From the NCBI GenBank assembly GCA_964390045.1, contig CAYMGP010000001.1, positions 28,748 through 92,747 of the forward strand: DNA of 64,000 bases, given 5' to 3'. Origin of the DNA: an uncultured Spirochaetaceae bacterium. Lineage in GTDB: Bacteria > Spirochaetota > Spirochaetia > SZUA-6 > DRHE01. The notes beneath the pieces are model-generated. The model was not told the origin of the DNA. It did not search any database and saw only the letters and a list, made by a program, of their open reading frames with translations. The position numbers were made by a program, and so were the translations under genes. Positions 1-8,665 of the stretch are shown piece by piece (the first letter of the stretch is position 1; each line of letters opens with the position of its first letter).

Positions 1-200
1 TTGCGGACGTACAGCTCCAGCTCCGAAAAAACCTCCACGGCATGATCGCCCCGGTTGGTGAACTCGAAGATGCGAAGGCCTCCGTCGAAGCAGGCCTGCA
101 ATACCTTTTTCGATACCTCCAGATCGGGATTGTAGAACACCGGGACAAGCCCGCTATCCACCATCGAGCCGAGGACCTTCATTCGCGTAAAGCGTGACAT
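1..200 (-). CDS. eda: KDPG/KHG aldolase (Eda-type), N-terminal part; the gene runs off the window start
   Basis: Absent from the ORF track because it is truncated. The reverse complement of 1-200 starts at an ATG (complement of 198-200) and reads MSRFTRMKVLGSMVDSGLVPVFYNPDLEVSKKVLQACFDGGLRIFEFTNRGDHAVEVF... This matches the conserved N-terminus of Bacteroides-type 2-dehydro-3-deoxyphosphogluconate aldolases (VPVFY, KKV..AC.DGG.R.FEFTNRGD). Confidence 0.6.
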   Translation of the reverse strand, partial: MSRFTRMKVLGSMVDSGLVPVFYNPDLEVSKKVLQACFDGGLRIFEFTNRGDHAVEVFSELELYVR

Positions 201-381
201 TTTACTATCCTCCGTTGACAATATCTTTTCTGCATTAAATTCGCACCTTGAGTAAAGCCTCTGCAGCCTTCCCTGTCAAGAAGCGGGCCGGGATGCACAC
301 TGGGACGCTTCGGCAAGGTACCTAAAAAAAACAGGCTGTACTACAATAAAAAGGACTCCGCTTGCGTCTCTTAGCAATGAA

Positions 382-927
382 ATGGAGGCAGTACTAATGG
401 GGCGCCTCGAAGGGGCGTACAGAAAAGAACGCAAAGCTCTGCTGGGTTTCATACGCTCACGCACCCGCACAGCTGAAGAGGCGGAGGATCTGCTTCAGGA
501 CGTGTTCTTCCAGGCTCTGCGCAACGTAAATGCCACAGAGCCCATCGAAAACATCCTGAGCTGGCTGTATACGATTGCCAGAAACAGGATCATCGATCTG
601 TATCGCCGCCGGCGGGACACCGTCTCCCTGCAGACAGAGGTGGAAGAGACAACCCTGGAAGCGCTGCTTGAGGACAGCGGAATCGATATCGAAAGGCAGT
701 TCGTCCGCAGCGCCGTGATGGACGCCCTGATCGAAGCCCTGGACGAGCTTCCCCAAGAACAGAGGGATGCGTTTGTTCAGCAGGCCATTGAGGGTAACAC
801 TTTTCGGGAAATCTCGGAGAGAACAGGCGTGCCCCTCAATACGCTGATCGCCCGCAAGCGCTACGCTGTCCAGTTTTTACGAAAACGCCTTCATGAGCTC
901 AAGGAGATAATCAACGAGTTGGCCTGA
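382..927 (+). CDS. RNA polymerase sigma-70 factor, ECF subfamily
   Basis: 181 aa. A sigma-70 region 2-like segment (DLLQDVFFQAL, ARNRIIDLYRRRR) and a region 4-like HTH (QRDAFVQQAIEGNTFREISERTGVPLNTLIARKRYA). The alternative start at ATG 397 has a GGAGG 8 nt upstream and may be the true start. Confidence 0.85.
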   Translation: MEAVLMGRLEGAYRKERKALLGFIRSRTRTAEEAEDLLQDVFFQALRNVNATEPIENILSWLYTIARNRIIDLYRRRRDTVSLQTEVEETTLEALLEDSGIDIERQFVRSAVMDALIEALDELPQEQRDAFVQQAIEGNTFREISERTGVPLNTLIARKRYAVQFLRKRLHELKEIINELA

Positions 928-1010
928 TTACAGGGGCCGAAGAACCACCGCCCGTTTTCGAGGGCGAACATTTCAAGCAAGCCGGGGTCAGACCCCGGAG
1001 GAGGTAAGGA

Positions 1011-1388
1011 ATGACAACATTCATGAGACAGCCTCTGAAGAGGATCGGTGTAATTATAGGAGGAATTGTACTGGCAGCCGCCCTGGCTTTCATTTTCGGC
1101 CTGCTGGTGATGCTGCTTTGGAACTGGATCATGCCCGAAGTCTTCGGATTGAAGCCTTTGACCTACTGGCAGAGCTGGGCAATTGTTCTCCTGGCACACC
1201 TGCTGTTCAAGGCGGGAGGCCATAGGGACGTCGGACACCCCAGATCCCGTGATGAAGCGTGGAAGGACAGGTTTCGGGAGCGCTTCAAAAGACGCTTCTG
1301 GGACGAGGGTCCGGAAAAAGGCGCTGCGCCGGAAGCTCCACCGGAAGAAGCACCGCAGACACCACCGAATACCCCGGATCAGCAGTAA
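1011..1388 (+). CDS. small membrane protein cotranscribed with the ECF sigma (putative anti-sigma/partner protein)
   Basis: 125 aa. GGAGG RBS 6 nt upstream. Two hydrophobic helices (IGVIIGGIVLAAALAFIFGLLVMLLW; WQSWAIVLLAHLLF), followed by a charged RF-repeat segment (RFRERFKRRFWDE) and a Pro/Glu-rich tail. It sits 83 bp downstream of the sigma gene. The anti-sigma role is inferred from position only. Confidence 0.45.
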   Translation: MTTFMRQPLKRIGVIIGGIVLAAALAFIFGLLVMLLWNWIMPEVFGLKPLTYWQSWAIVLLAHLLFKAGGHRDVGHPRSRDEAWKDRFRERFKRRFWDEGPEKGAAPEAPPEEAPQTPPNTPDQQ

Positions 1389-1459
1389 AGATTGGCATCG
1401 CAATCTCAGGACCGCTTATCGTCCAAGCCACTGCAAATCAGATAAGCCCACAACCGTTC

Positions 1460-1495
1460 GGCCCGCCTTTGGAAAAGGCGGGCCGAGCTCTTTTC
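1460..1495 (+). terminator. rho-independent terminator after the sigma/membrane-protein pair
   Basis: A perfect 8-bp stem GGCCCGCC (1460-1467) / GGCGGGCC (1477-1484) with a 9-nt loop, followed by a CTCTTTTCG T-tract. Confidence 0.5.
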
Positions 1496-1635
1496 GAAAG
1501 TAAGATTGAAACCTCCAGTAAAGATAACAATACAAGCTGCCTTGACAGTATATTCGGATACCTGTTACTATAAATTTGTCTGCTAAGCAGTAAACTTAAA
1601 TTTTCCGGCTCGCACGCGGGACGAAATTATTATCG

Positions 1636-2913
1636 ATGAAAAGGACTATAACTTTTCCCTATAAAAAATACGAATCAGCAAGCATTCCGGAACAAAACCT
1701 CTTCGCCGTACTCCAACCAAAGCAGGGATCGGCGAGCGCTGAAGACGAGCTCGAAACGATCCGTTCGGGACTGAAAAATCCGATAGGAACTCTTCCTCTG
1801 CGCCGGCTGGCTCAGTCTAAGAAAAGCGTTCTAATCCTTGTAGATGATTATACCCGCACCACCCCGACACATCTGATTCTTCCGGAAGTGATCGCAGAGA
1901 TCGAAGCAGCCGGAGTCGCCAAACAGCGAATCAGGCTTCTAATCGCTTCCGGAACACACCGTGCCATGACTCGGAAGGAAAAGATCGATAAGTTCGGCCG
2001 GGGGATCGTCTCGAAGTTCCGCCTGTTGGATCATCACTGGGAGCAAGAGGAGCAGCTCGTGCACCTGCCTGCTACACCAGGCGGTACCGAAGTGTTCGTC
2101 AACAAGCATCTTCTCGAGGCTGATTTCGTGATCGGTATAGGACATATTGTCCCCCACCGGGTGGCTGGTTTCTCAGGAGGTGCCAAGATCGTTCAACCCG
2201 GAGTTTGCGGAGCGACAACAACGGGCAGAACCCATTGGATGAGTGCCCTCTGTGAAGGCAGTACGATCATGGGAACCATCGACAATCCCGTACGACGAGA
2301 AATCAACTCGGTGGGAAAACAGGCGGGCCTGAAATTCATCGTCAACACGGTGCATGACGGCAGGGGAAAGGTGCGGCGCTGTGTCTGCGGCGATCCCATC
2401 GAAGCCTTCAGCGCAGGCTGTGCCACAGCATCGGAGGTCTACGGCGCAGCGCTCCAAGAGCAGGCAGACATCGTGCTGGCCGACGCTTTTCCCGCAGATG
2501 CAGAGCTCTGGCAGGCTGCCAAAGGGATCTTTTCCGCCGATCTTGCCTTGTCTCCCGGCGGCGTATTGATACTGGTTTCTCCCTGCCCGGAAGGGGTTTC
2601 TGTAGAACACCCGGCGATTGTAGATATCGGCTACAAGCCCTTCGCAGAGGTGGAAGCGATGGTTCGGGAAGGAGCGATTCGCGACCTGACGCTCGCCGCT
2701 CATCTGGCACACGTGGGCCGAGTCATTTGCGACAAAGGACAGGGGATCCTCGTAAGCAAGGGGATCGATCGCAGTACCGCCGCACGGTTGGGTTTTCGGT
2801 GGACATCCACCCCTCAGGAGGCCCTCGATCTGGCCTTCGCCATGAAGGGAAAACAGGCCCGGGTAGTGGTTCTCAAAAACGGAGGAGAGACCATGCCCGT
2901 ATTGAGACCATGA
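1636..2913 (+). CDS. LarA-family protein (nickel-pincer-cofactor dependent lactate racemase-like 2-hydroxyacid racemase/epimerase)
   Basis: 425 aa, the same length as LarA. DUF2088-like N-terminal domain (LILVDDYTRTTP, ASGTHRAMT). The HRVAGFSGGAK segment resembles the conserved His/Lys cofactor-tethering region of LarA. Confidence 0.7.
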   Translation: MKRTITFPYKKYESASIPEQNLFAVLQPKQGSASAEDELETIRSGLKNPIGTLPLRRLAQSKKSVLILVDDYTRTTPTHLILPEVIAEIEAAGVAKQRIRLLIASGTHRAMTRKEKIDKFGRGIVSKFRLLDHHWEQEEQLVHLPATPGGTEVFVNKHLLEADFVIGIGHIVPHRVAGFSGGAKIVQPGVCGATTTGRTHWMSALCEGSTIMGTIDNPVRREINSVGKQAGLKFIVNTVHDGRGKVRRCVCGDPIEAFSAGCATASEVYGAALQEQADIVLADAFPADAELWQAAKGIFSADLALSPGGVLILVSPCPEGVSVEHPAIVDIGYKPFAEVEAMVREGAIRDLTLAAHLAHVGRVICDKGQGILVSKGIDRSTAARLGFRWTSTPQEALDLAFAMKGKQARVVVLKNGGETMPVLRP

Positions 2914-4427
2914 GCAACTTTTCAGTCGATCACATCATCGGGATTGATATCGGTACCACCCGGGCAAAGGCCCTCCGCTATGAGCTGGGCAGAGGGATCG
3001 TGGGCTGGGCAACCGAGCAATATCCAACCCACTACCCGCGGCCCGGCTTCATCGAGCAGGATCCGGACACGATACTTCAGGCTGTGATCAGGGTATTAAA
3101 AGCTGTGGTTGACAGCAGCGACAACCCTCCTCAAACGATACGAGCCGTGGTGCTCGGCGGCGTCTGGCAAAGTCTCATTCCGGTAGACAGGAAGGGAGAG
3201 GCGCTCGCTCCCGCTTCGACCTGGGCCGACTCAAGGGCGGGGCGGCAAAACGAGCACTTGAAAGAGAAGTTTTCAGGGCAGCGGATCAAGCGAAGAACGG
3301 GATGCGCCCTGCACCCTATGTATTTTCCGGCCCGACTGCTCTGGTACAGAGAGGAAGCTCCGGAGATTTACAAAAAGACGTACAAATTCATCTCCGTGAA
3401 GGAGTACATCCTTTACCATTTATTCGGCCAGTTCCTCGTCGACAAGTCGATCGCCTCCGGAACCGGCGTCTGGCGCATGTCGGCCATGGACTGGGACAAA
3501 GAGTTACTGGAGGAGCTGGAGATTCCAGTTGACAGGTTCTCCCGTATTGTCGAGCCCACCGAAGTCATCGGCGATCTCAGCAGGGAGGCTTCCCGGCAAA
3601 CGGGCCTCCTTCAGGGCACTCCGGCTGTCGCGGGGGCGGCGGACGGAGCCCTCTCTCACCTCGGAAGCGTCGGCCTATCCGACCAGAAAATGAGCATGAC
3701 CGTGGGAACCGGCGCAGCCCTGAGGAAGCGTCTCAGCCAACCCGCCATCTCCGAAGGCAGCCAGGCCTGGTGCTACTATCTCACCGAAGGCAACTGGCTG
3801 CTCGGCGGGATCGTTCAAGATGCAGGAAACGTGCTTACCTGGTTCTCCGAAAACCTCAGATGTCCCTGCGAGAACGATGAACGTGTATACCAAGAGATGA
3901 ACGAGCTGGCCGCAGAAGTAGGACCCGGCGCCGAAGGCCTGCTCTTTCTCCCTCTCCTGGGGGGCGAACGCTGTCCGCTGGATAATCCCCAAGCCAGAGG
4001 AGCCTTGTACGGTCTTACTTTCAGCCACAAACAAAAGCACATCATTCGGGCCTTGATGGAGGGGCTTTGCTTCAGACTGCTCACGGTATACGAGATGCTT
4101 GCCGGCAGCTCCAATCCCGACCTGGTGGTGACCGGTGGGTTGCTCAGATCTCCAGCGTGGTTGAAGATCGCGGCGGATTTTTTCGGTAGAAAGCTGTGGA
4201 AACCGGACATCGAGGAAACCTCGGCCTGGGGCGGGCTGCTGGTGGGCCTCAGATCCCTCGGTGTCATCGACTCGGTTGACAGGATCAACGATTGGGTCAA
4301 ACTGAAGGGGTATCAGGACCCGGACCCCCAAGCTCATGCGTTGTACCGGGAAGTACGCAAAGCGTACGGGGAGCTGTACCGGAGATTGTTCTGCGATGCT
4401 GCGAAAAACAGCAAACCTGATAACTGA
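2910..4427 (+). CDS. FGGY-family carbohydrate kinase (gluconokinase/xylulokinase-like)
   Basis: The ORF track extends this to 2727, but that part overlaps larA. The real start is the ATG at 2910 (MSNFSVDHIIGIDIGTTRAKA), which overlaps the larA stop in an ATGA arrangement. The FGGY N-terminal signature DIGTT and the C-terminal FGGY domain (GGLLRSPAWLKIAADFFG) are both present. Confidence 0.85.
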   Translation: MSNFSVDHIIGIDIGTTRAKALRYELGRGIVGWATEQYPTHYPRPGFIEQDPDTILQAVIRVLKAVVDSSDNPPQTIRAVVLGGVWQSLIPVDRKGEALAPASTWADSRAGRQNEHLKEKFSGQRIKRRTGCALHPMYFPARLLWYREEAPEIYKKTYKFISVKEYILYHLFGQFLVDKSIASGTGVWRMSAMDWDKELLEELEIPVDRFSRIVEPTEVIGDLSREASRQTGLLQGTPAVAGAADGALSHLGSVGLSDQKMSMTVGTGAALRKRLSQPAISEGSQAWCYYLTEGNWLLGGIVQDAGNVLTWFSENLRCPCENDERVYQEMNELAAEVGPGAEGLLFLPLLGGERCPLDNPQARGALYGLTFSHKQKHIIRALMEGLCFRLLTVYEMLAGSSNPDLVVTGGLLRSPAWLKIAADFFGRKLWKPDIEETSAWGGLLVGLRSLGVIDSVDRINDWVKLKGYQDPDPQAHALYREVRKAYGELYRRLFCDAAKNSKPDN

Positions 4428-4442
4428 ATCGGGGGAAAAGAT

Positions 4443-5156
4443 ATGGAATCGCTCTCTAAGATAAAACTCTCAGATATGGTGGCCAAAGCGTTAGTCAACT
4501 TCATAATGGAGAACAATCTCCGCGCGGGTGACAAGCTGCCCACAGAAAAGAAGATTTCCGAACGCCTCGGAATCGGCAGAACGAGTGTGCGCGAAGGCAT
4601 CAGGCGGCTGGATGCGGTCGGGCTGCTCGAAAGTCATCAGGGAGACGGCATCTACCTGCGCGACGTGACGATCGATTCCCTTTTTCAGCTGCAGACGAAG
4701 GCTCCTTTGAATCATTTCCTCGTCCTGAGCGAACAGGAAATCATCGATCTCTTGTCGGTGCGCCTTATTATTGAATCGGCAGCCTGCCGACTGGCAATTC
4801 AAAGAATTACAGACGAGGAAATCGCCAACCTGAGACGTCTCTGCAAGAACATGGAAGATACCCTCCGGCAACCTGAGATGTACATGGAACATGACTTGGA
4901 GTTTCACAGGCAGCTTATCAATGCCAGCGGGAATATAATCCTGCCCAAGATCTTTACGCTCATCCGCGACCTCTATTCGAAACAGTTTTCAATATCCGCC
5001 CATCCAAAAGCTCTCGAGGACGCTTTGAGATTTCACCGCGAGATCCTGTCGGGAATCGAACAACGAGACGAGAAAAAAACGCTGCTGCATCTCGAAGCGC
5101 ACCTCAAGGAGGTCAAACGTCTGGTGCACAGCAAGCTCCGCGAAGAGCCGCAGTGA
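4443..5156 (+). CDS. GntR-family transcriptional regulator (FadR/FCD subfamily)
   Basis: 237 aa. N-terminal winged HTH (GDKLPTEKKISERLGIGRTSVREGIRRL) and a C-terminal all-helical FCD-like domain. Confidence 0.85.
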   Translation: MESLSKIKLSDMVAKALVNFIMENNLRAGDKLPTEKKISERLGIGRTSVREGIRRLDAVGLLESHQGDGIYLRDVTIDSLFQLQTKAPLNHFLVLSEQEIIDLLSVRLIIESAACRLAIQRITDEEIANLRRLCKNMEDTLRQPEMYMEHDLEFHRQLINASGNIILPKIFTLIRDLYSKQFSISAHPKALEDALRFHREILSGIEQRDEKKTLLHLEAHLKEVKRLVHSKLREEPQ

Positions 5157-5166
5157 GGAGACGAAT

Positions 5167-6801
5167 ATGGGTGAGAAATTAGAAAGCCTGCCGCGTTTCA
5201 CACGGGCGCTGATGAAGAGCCATTTGCTGGCCTGCGGTTTTACCTACGAAGACACGAGCAGGCCGATCATCGCCATCGCCAACTCCTGGAACGAGTTCAA
5301 CCACGGGCACCTGCTGCAGCGTGATCTGGCTGAAAAGGTAAAGCAGGGGATCCGTTCGCGGGGGGGAATGCCTCTCGAGTTCAATACCATCGCGCCCTGT
5401 GATGCTCTGGCTCAAGGCTATATAGGGATGAATTATATCCTGCCGAGCCGGGAGATCATTGCCGACTCTGTAGAAGCAATGATTCGCTCGCAAAACATCG
5501 TCGACGGCATGGTGCTGATCTCCTCCTGCGACAAAATAACCCCGGGAATGCTCATGGCGGCGCTGCGCCTCGATATTCCCTGCATCCATATCTGCAGCGG
5601 CACCTGCGTACCGGCGATATCCTTTGCCGAGTCGAAGCGGATTCGTAAGGATTTCCTGGCCGGCGATATCGACGAACAGGAGATGGCTGAACGCAATGCA
5701 CTTCTGTATCCCCAACCCGGGATCTGCCCTTACATGGGCACGGCCAATACGATGGATATCTTCGCCGAAGCACTGGGGCTCGCTCTGCCCGGATCCGCCC
5801 TGATTCCCGCCGGAACAGGGGAGAGATACCGCTCGGCAGAACAAACAGGTGAAGCGGTAATGAAGCTGGTAGCCGCCGGGACCCGGCCGTCGAAAATCAT
5901 AAGCCGTGGTTCTGTGGATAATGCTTTGAAGGTGTTGGCGGCACTGTCTGGATCTCTGAATCACCTGCTTCATGTTCCAGCCATAGCCCGCGAGCTGGGT
6001 ATGAAGATCGACTTCGACTATATAGGCAGGATCAACGAGCAAACCCCGCTGCTCTGCGCCGTCAATCCCAACGGCGTGCACTCCACGGCCGATCTGCACA
6101 GGGCCGGCGGCATTCCCGCAGTCATGAAGGAACTGCATACCCTGCTCGACTTGAACACAGTCAATGTAGAGGGTAGGACTCTGAAGCGGATAATCAGCGA
6201 GGCCGGGGTCCTGAACCGGGAAGTCATTCATCCCTTCAGCGAACCTCTCGCTCCCGAGGGGGGCATCGTCATACTGAAGGGCAACATCGCCCGCGAGGGA
6301 GCGGCGGTACGTCTATCCACGATTCCCGAATCCATGATGCGATTCGCCGGTCCGGCTCAGGTTTTCGACGGCGAGGATCAAGCCACGGAAGCCATCGAGC
6401 AAGGCCGGGTCGAGGAAGGAAGCGTCGTCATCATTCGCTATGAGGGACCGAAGGGCGGCCCGGGAATGCGGGAAATGCATCGGGTTGCCGGGGCCCTGCG
6501 TACGATAGGCGAACGCTTTGCCGTGATCACCGACGGGCGCTTTTCAGGTGCCACCGGCGGTCTTTCCATCGGGTACTTGAGCCCCGAAGCAGCCAGTGAC
6601 GGGGAGCTCGCTATTGTGGCTGGCGGTGATCGGATCGAAATCGATGTTAAAAAACGAACACTCAACGTCTGTTTGAGCGATGAAGAGATAAAAAGCAGAA
6701 TGGAAAAGCATCGCTCGCCGAAAGGGCCTGGTGAAACAAGACTGCTCAGGAACTATGCCGGCAGAGTGAGCTCTACCTTCTCGGGAGCAATAAGCACATA
6801 A
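5167..6801 (+). CDS. IlvD/EDD-family dehydratase (sugar-acid dehydratase, e.g. aldonate dehydratase)
   Basis: 544 aa. Conserved ILVD/EDD motifs (ANSWNEFNHGH, SSCDKITPGMLMAA, GSALIPAGTGER). Its position between a GntR regulator and a DHDPS-type aldolase suggests a sugar-acid dehydratase rather than IlvD of branched-chain amino acid synthesis. Confidence 0.85.
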   Translation: MGEKLESLPRFTRALMKSHLLACGFTYEDTSRPIIAIANSWNEFNHGHLLQRDLAEKVKQGIRSRGGMPLEFNTIAPCDALAQGYIGMNYILPSREIIADSVEAMIRSQNIVDGMVLISSCDKITPGMLMAALRLDIPCIHICSGTCVPAISFAESKRIRKDFLAGDIDEQEMAERNALLYPQPGICPYMGTANTMDIFAEALGLALPGSALIPAGTGERYRSAEQTGEAVMKLVAAGTRPSKIISRGSVDNALKVLAALSGSLNHLLHVPAIARELGMKIDFDYIGRINEQTPLLCAVNPNGVHSTADLHRAGGIPAVMKELHTLLDLNTVNVEGRTLKRIISEAGVLNREVIHPFSEPLAPEGGIVILKGNIAREGAAVRLSTIPESMMRFAGPAQVFDGEDQATEAIEQGRVEEGSVVIIRYEGPKGGPGMREMHRVAGALRTIGERFAVITDGRFSGATGGLSIGYLSPEAASDGELAIVAGGDRIEIDVKKRTLNVCLSDEEIKSRMEKHRSPKGPGETRLLRNYAGRVSSTFSGAIST

Positions 6802-6849
6802 GCTTTTCTTGAAAAAGCATAAACAACAACCCAAGCGGAGGATACTAAA

Positions 6850-7749
6850 ATGAAAGCAAGAGAGTATAAAGGAATTATTCCTCCCATCCTGTCGTCATTC
6901 ACCAGGGATGGGGAGATCTATGAAAAGGGCATGAGGGAGATCATCAAGTTCACGCTGCCGCACGTCAACGGATACTATCCGATCGGCACATACGGCTGCG
7001 GACCGTTGATGTCTCAAGACGAACGAAAGAAGGCACTCGAGATCATCCTCGATGAGGTGGCGGGGAAAGTACCTGTGGTTGCCCACGTGGGTGCAGCGGG
7101 CACGAGACCGATGGTCGATCTGGCCAAGCATGCCAAGGCGGCCGGCGCACAGGGAGTCGGGGCGATTTCTCCCTTCTATGCCCCCCACCTGCCGGAAGAG
7201 AATCTCTACAGACACTTCGCCAGTTTGCTCGACGCGGTCAACGAAGAGGAGTTTCCTGTCTATGTGTACAACAACAGTCATTATTCACAGAACGTGATCA
7301 CCCCCAAGCTGTTGAAACGATTGGCCGATCACGGCCTGCGGGGCTGCAAGGACAGCTCTTTCGATTTGGTGAACTTCTTCTTTTTCCAGGACGCCGTGGC
7401 TGAGTATCCCGACTTCAATGTCATCGTGGGCACCGAAGCGATATTCATGGGTGCTTTTGAGGCCGGCGCGATCGGAATGGTGTGCGGCATGGGCAACATC
7501 TTTCCCGAATTGATGCAAAAAATGTATCAGGCCTTTATTTCCGGCGACAAGGATTCTGCCATGAAAATCCAGCGCCTGACGTTGAAATTGCGCGCCATCA
7601 CAAAAGCCGGGCCCACCGTACCGATCATGCATGAGATCCTGAGAATGAGAGGCGTGGATGCGGGCTACCCGCGCAGTCCGTTCATCGAAATTGACCAGGC
7701 TACGAAAAACAAAGTGAAGCAGGGCTTGCAGGATCTCGATCTGCTGTAG
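6850..7749 (+). CDS. DHDPS/NAL-family aldolase (2-keto-3-deoxy-sugar-acid aldolase-like)
   Basis: 299 aa. DapA-family fold motifs (GIIPPILSSF, GYYPIGTYGCGPLMSQDERKK, VVAHVGAAGTRPMVDLAKHA). It lies downstream of the dehydratase. Confidence 0.8.
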   Translation: MKAREYKGIIPPILSSFTRDGEIYEKGMREIIKFTLPHVNGYYPIGTYGCGPLMSQDERKKALEIILDEVAGKVPVVAHVGAAGTRPMVDLAKHAKAAGAQGVGAISPFYAPHLPEENLYRHFASLLDAVNEEEFPVYVYNNSHYSQNVITPKLLKRLADHGLRGCKDSSFDLVNFFFFQDAVAEYPDFNVIVGTEAIFMGAFEAGAIGMVCGMGNIFPELMQKMYQAFISGDKDSAMKIQRLTLKLRAITKAGPTVPIMHEILRMRGVDAGYPRSPFIEIDQATKNKVKQGLQDLDLL

Positions 7750-7754
7750 GACAG

Positions 7755-8600
7755 TCAGGCGTTCTTGGGAAACTCTTTCTGCCAAACATCGAGCTTTTCG
7801 GGTGGGATACCGCAGAAATCGCTGTCTCCCACCCAGCCGCCGTCGCAGGAGACGGTTGTACCTGTAACATAACTCGACAGATCCGAAGCGAGGAACAGAG
7901 CCACGGCGGCGATCTCTTCAGGCTCGGCCATGCGACCGAGAGGAGTTCGATAGCAAAGAGCCGCTTCGAGGGAGGGTTTGTCTTTTATCACCCGAAAGGT
8001 AGGCTTGGTGAGCGTGACCCCGGGGGCGATCGCATTGACCCGAATCCCGTGGGCCGCCCATTCGGAGGCAAGGCACTCTGTCATCATCTTTACACTCGCT
8101 TTGGCCGCGCAGTAACAGGAGTTGTCCGCGCATCCCACGATGCCCATTTTCGAACTCACGTTTATGATGCTGCCTCCTGTGGCCGCTTTCATTCGCGAGG
8201 CAGCCTCTCGACAGCCCAAGAAACAGCTTGTCACATTGATCCTGAAGAGCCGCTCCCACTCCTCTGCGCTCAGCTGAAAAGCCGGGGTGACCAGGTGCAG
8301 GCCGACATTGTTTACCCAGATATCAATTCCGCCCAGCTCGCTCTGCGCCGCCTCGGCAAGGGTTCCCGCTTGCGCCTCAACGGTCATGTCCGCGGCCATA
8401 ACCTTGGGCTCGACTCCCGCCGCATCGGTGATCTGCTTGACGGTTTCCTCGAGCTCCCGACGGGCTTCCTCATCTTGCCTGCGGCCGCTGTGGTTTACCA
8501 CTACTCTCGCGCCGGCCCGGGCGAATGTCACGGCGATGGCCCGCCCGATTCCGCGGGTTGAACCCGTCACCACTGCATTTTTTCCCGCAAGTAGTTTCAT
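7755..8600 (-). CDS. SDR-family oxidoreductase
   Basis: 281 aa. TGSTRGIGRAIA Rossmann motif and an SDR active-site region. Convergent with the aldolase gene, separated by only 5 bp. Confidence 0.8.
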   Translation of the reverse strand: MKLLAGKNAVVTGSTRGIGRAIAVTFARAGARVVVNHSGRRQDEEARRELEETVKQITDAAGVEPKVMAADMTVEAQAGTLAEAAQSELGGIDIWVNNVGLHLVTPAFQLSAEEWERLFRINVTSCFLGCREAASRMKAATGGSIINVSSKMGIVGCADNSCYCAAKASVKMMTECLASEWAAHGIRVNAIAPGVTLTKPTFRVIKDKPSLEAALCYRTPLGRMAEPEEIAAVALFLASDLSSYVTGTTVSCDGGWVGDSDFCGIPPEKLDVWQKEFPKNA

Positions 8601-8665
8601 CTCTTTCTTCCTGTCCTGCGCTCCACCGAAGCGGAGGGCTAATGTCTGGCCTGCGCCTGTATCAG

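Noticed and set aside
1183-1573. ORFs 1183-1503 and 1259-1573 downstream of and overlapping the anti-sigma-like gene
   Set aside because: Basic, low-complexity translations that overlap the terminator hairpin at 1460-1495. No RBS and no motifs. Treated as non-coding 3' UTR/intergenic.
2727-2909. 5' extension of the 566-aa ORF (2727-4427) preceding the FGGY kinase
   Set aside because: It overlaps the 3' end of the LarA-like gene in another frame. The kinase N-terminal DIGTT motif begins right after the ATG at 2910, which forms an ATGA overlap with the larA stop.
5179-6231. 350-aa antisense ORF inside the IlvD/EDD dehydratase gene, and similar long antisense ORFs (for example 15166-16182, 17010-18206, 27514-28242, 35526-36368, 37327-38409, 37971-38780, 41243-42031, 55868-56527, 61725-62504)
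   Set aside because: All lie opposite confidently assigned genes and have Arg/Pro/Gly-rich low-complexity compositions with no family motifs. This is the expected open-frame artefact of high-GC coding DNA.
7750-7754. 5-bp gap between convergent aldolase (+) and SDR (-) genes with no terminator
   Set aside because: Merely an observation of compact convergent packing. No structure to annotate, though termination must occur within coding sequence.
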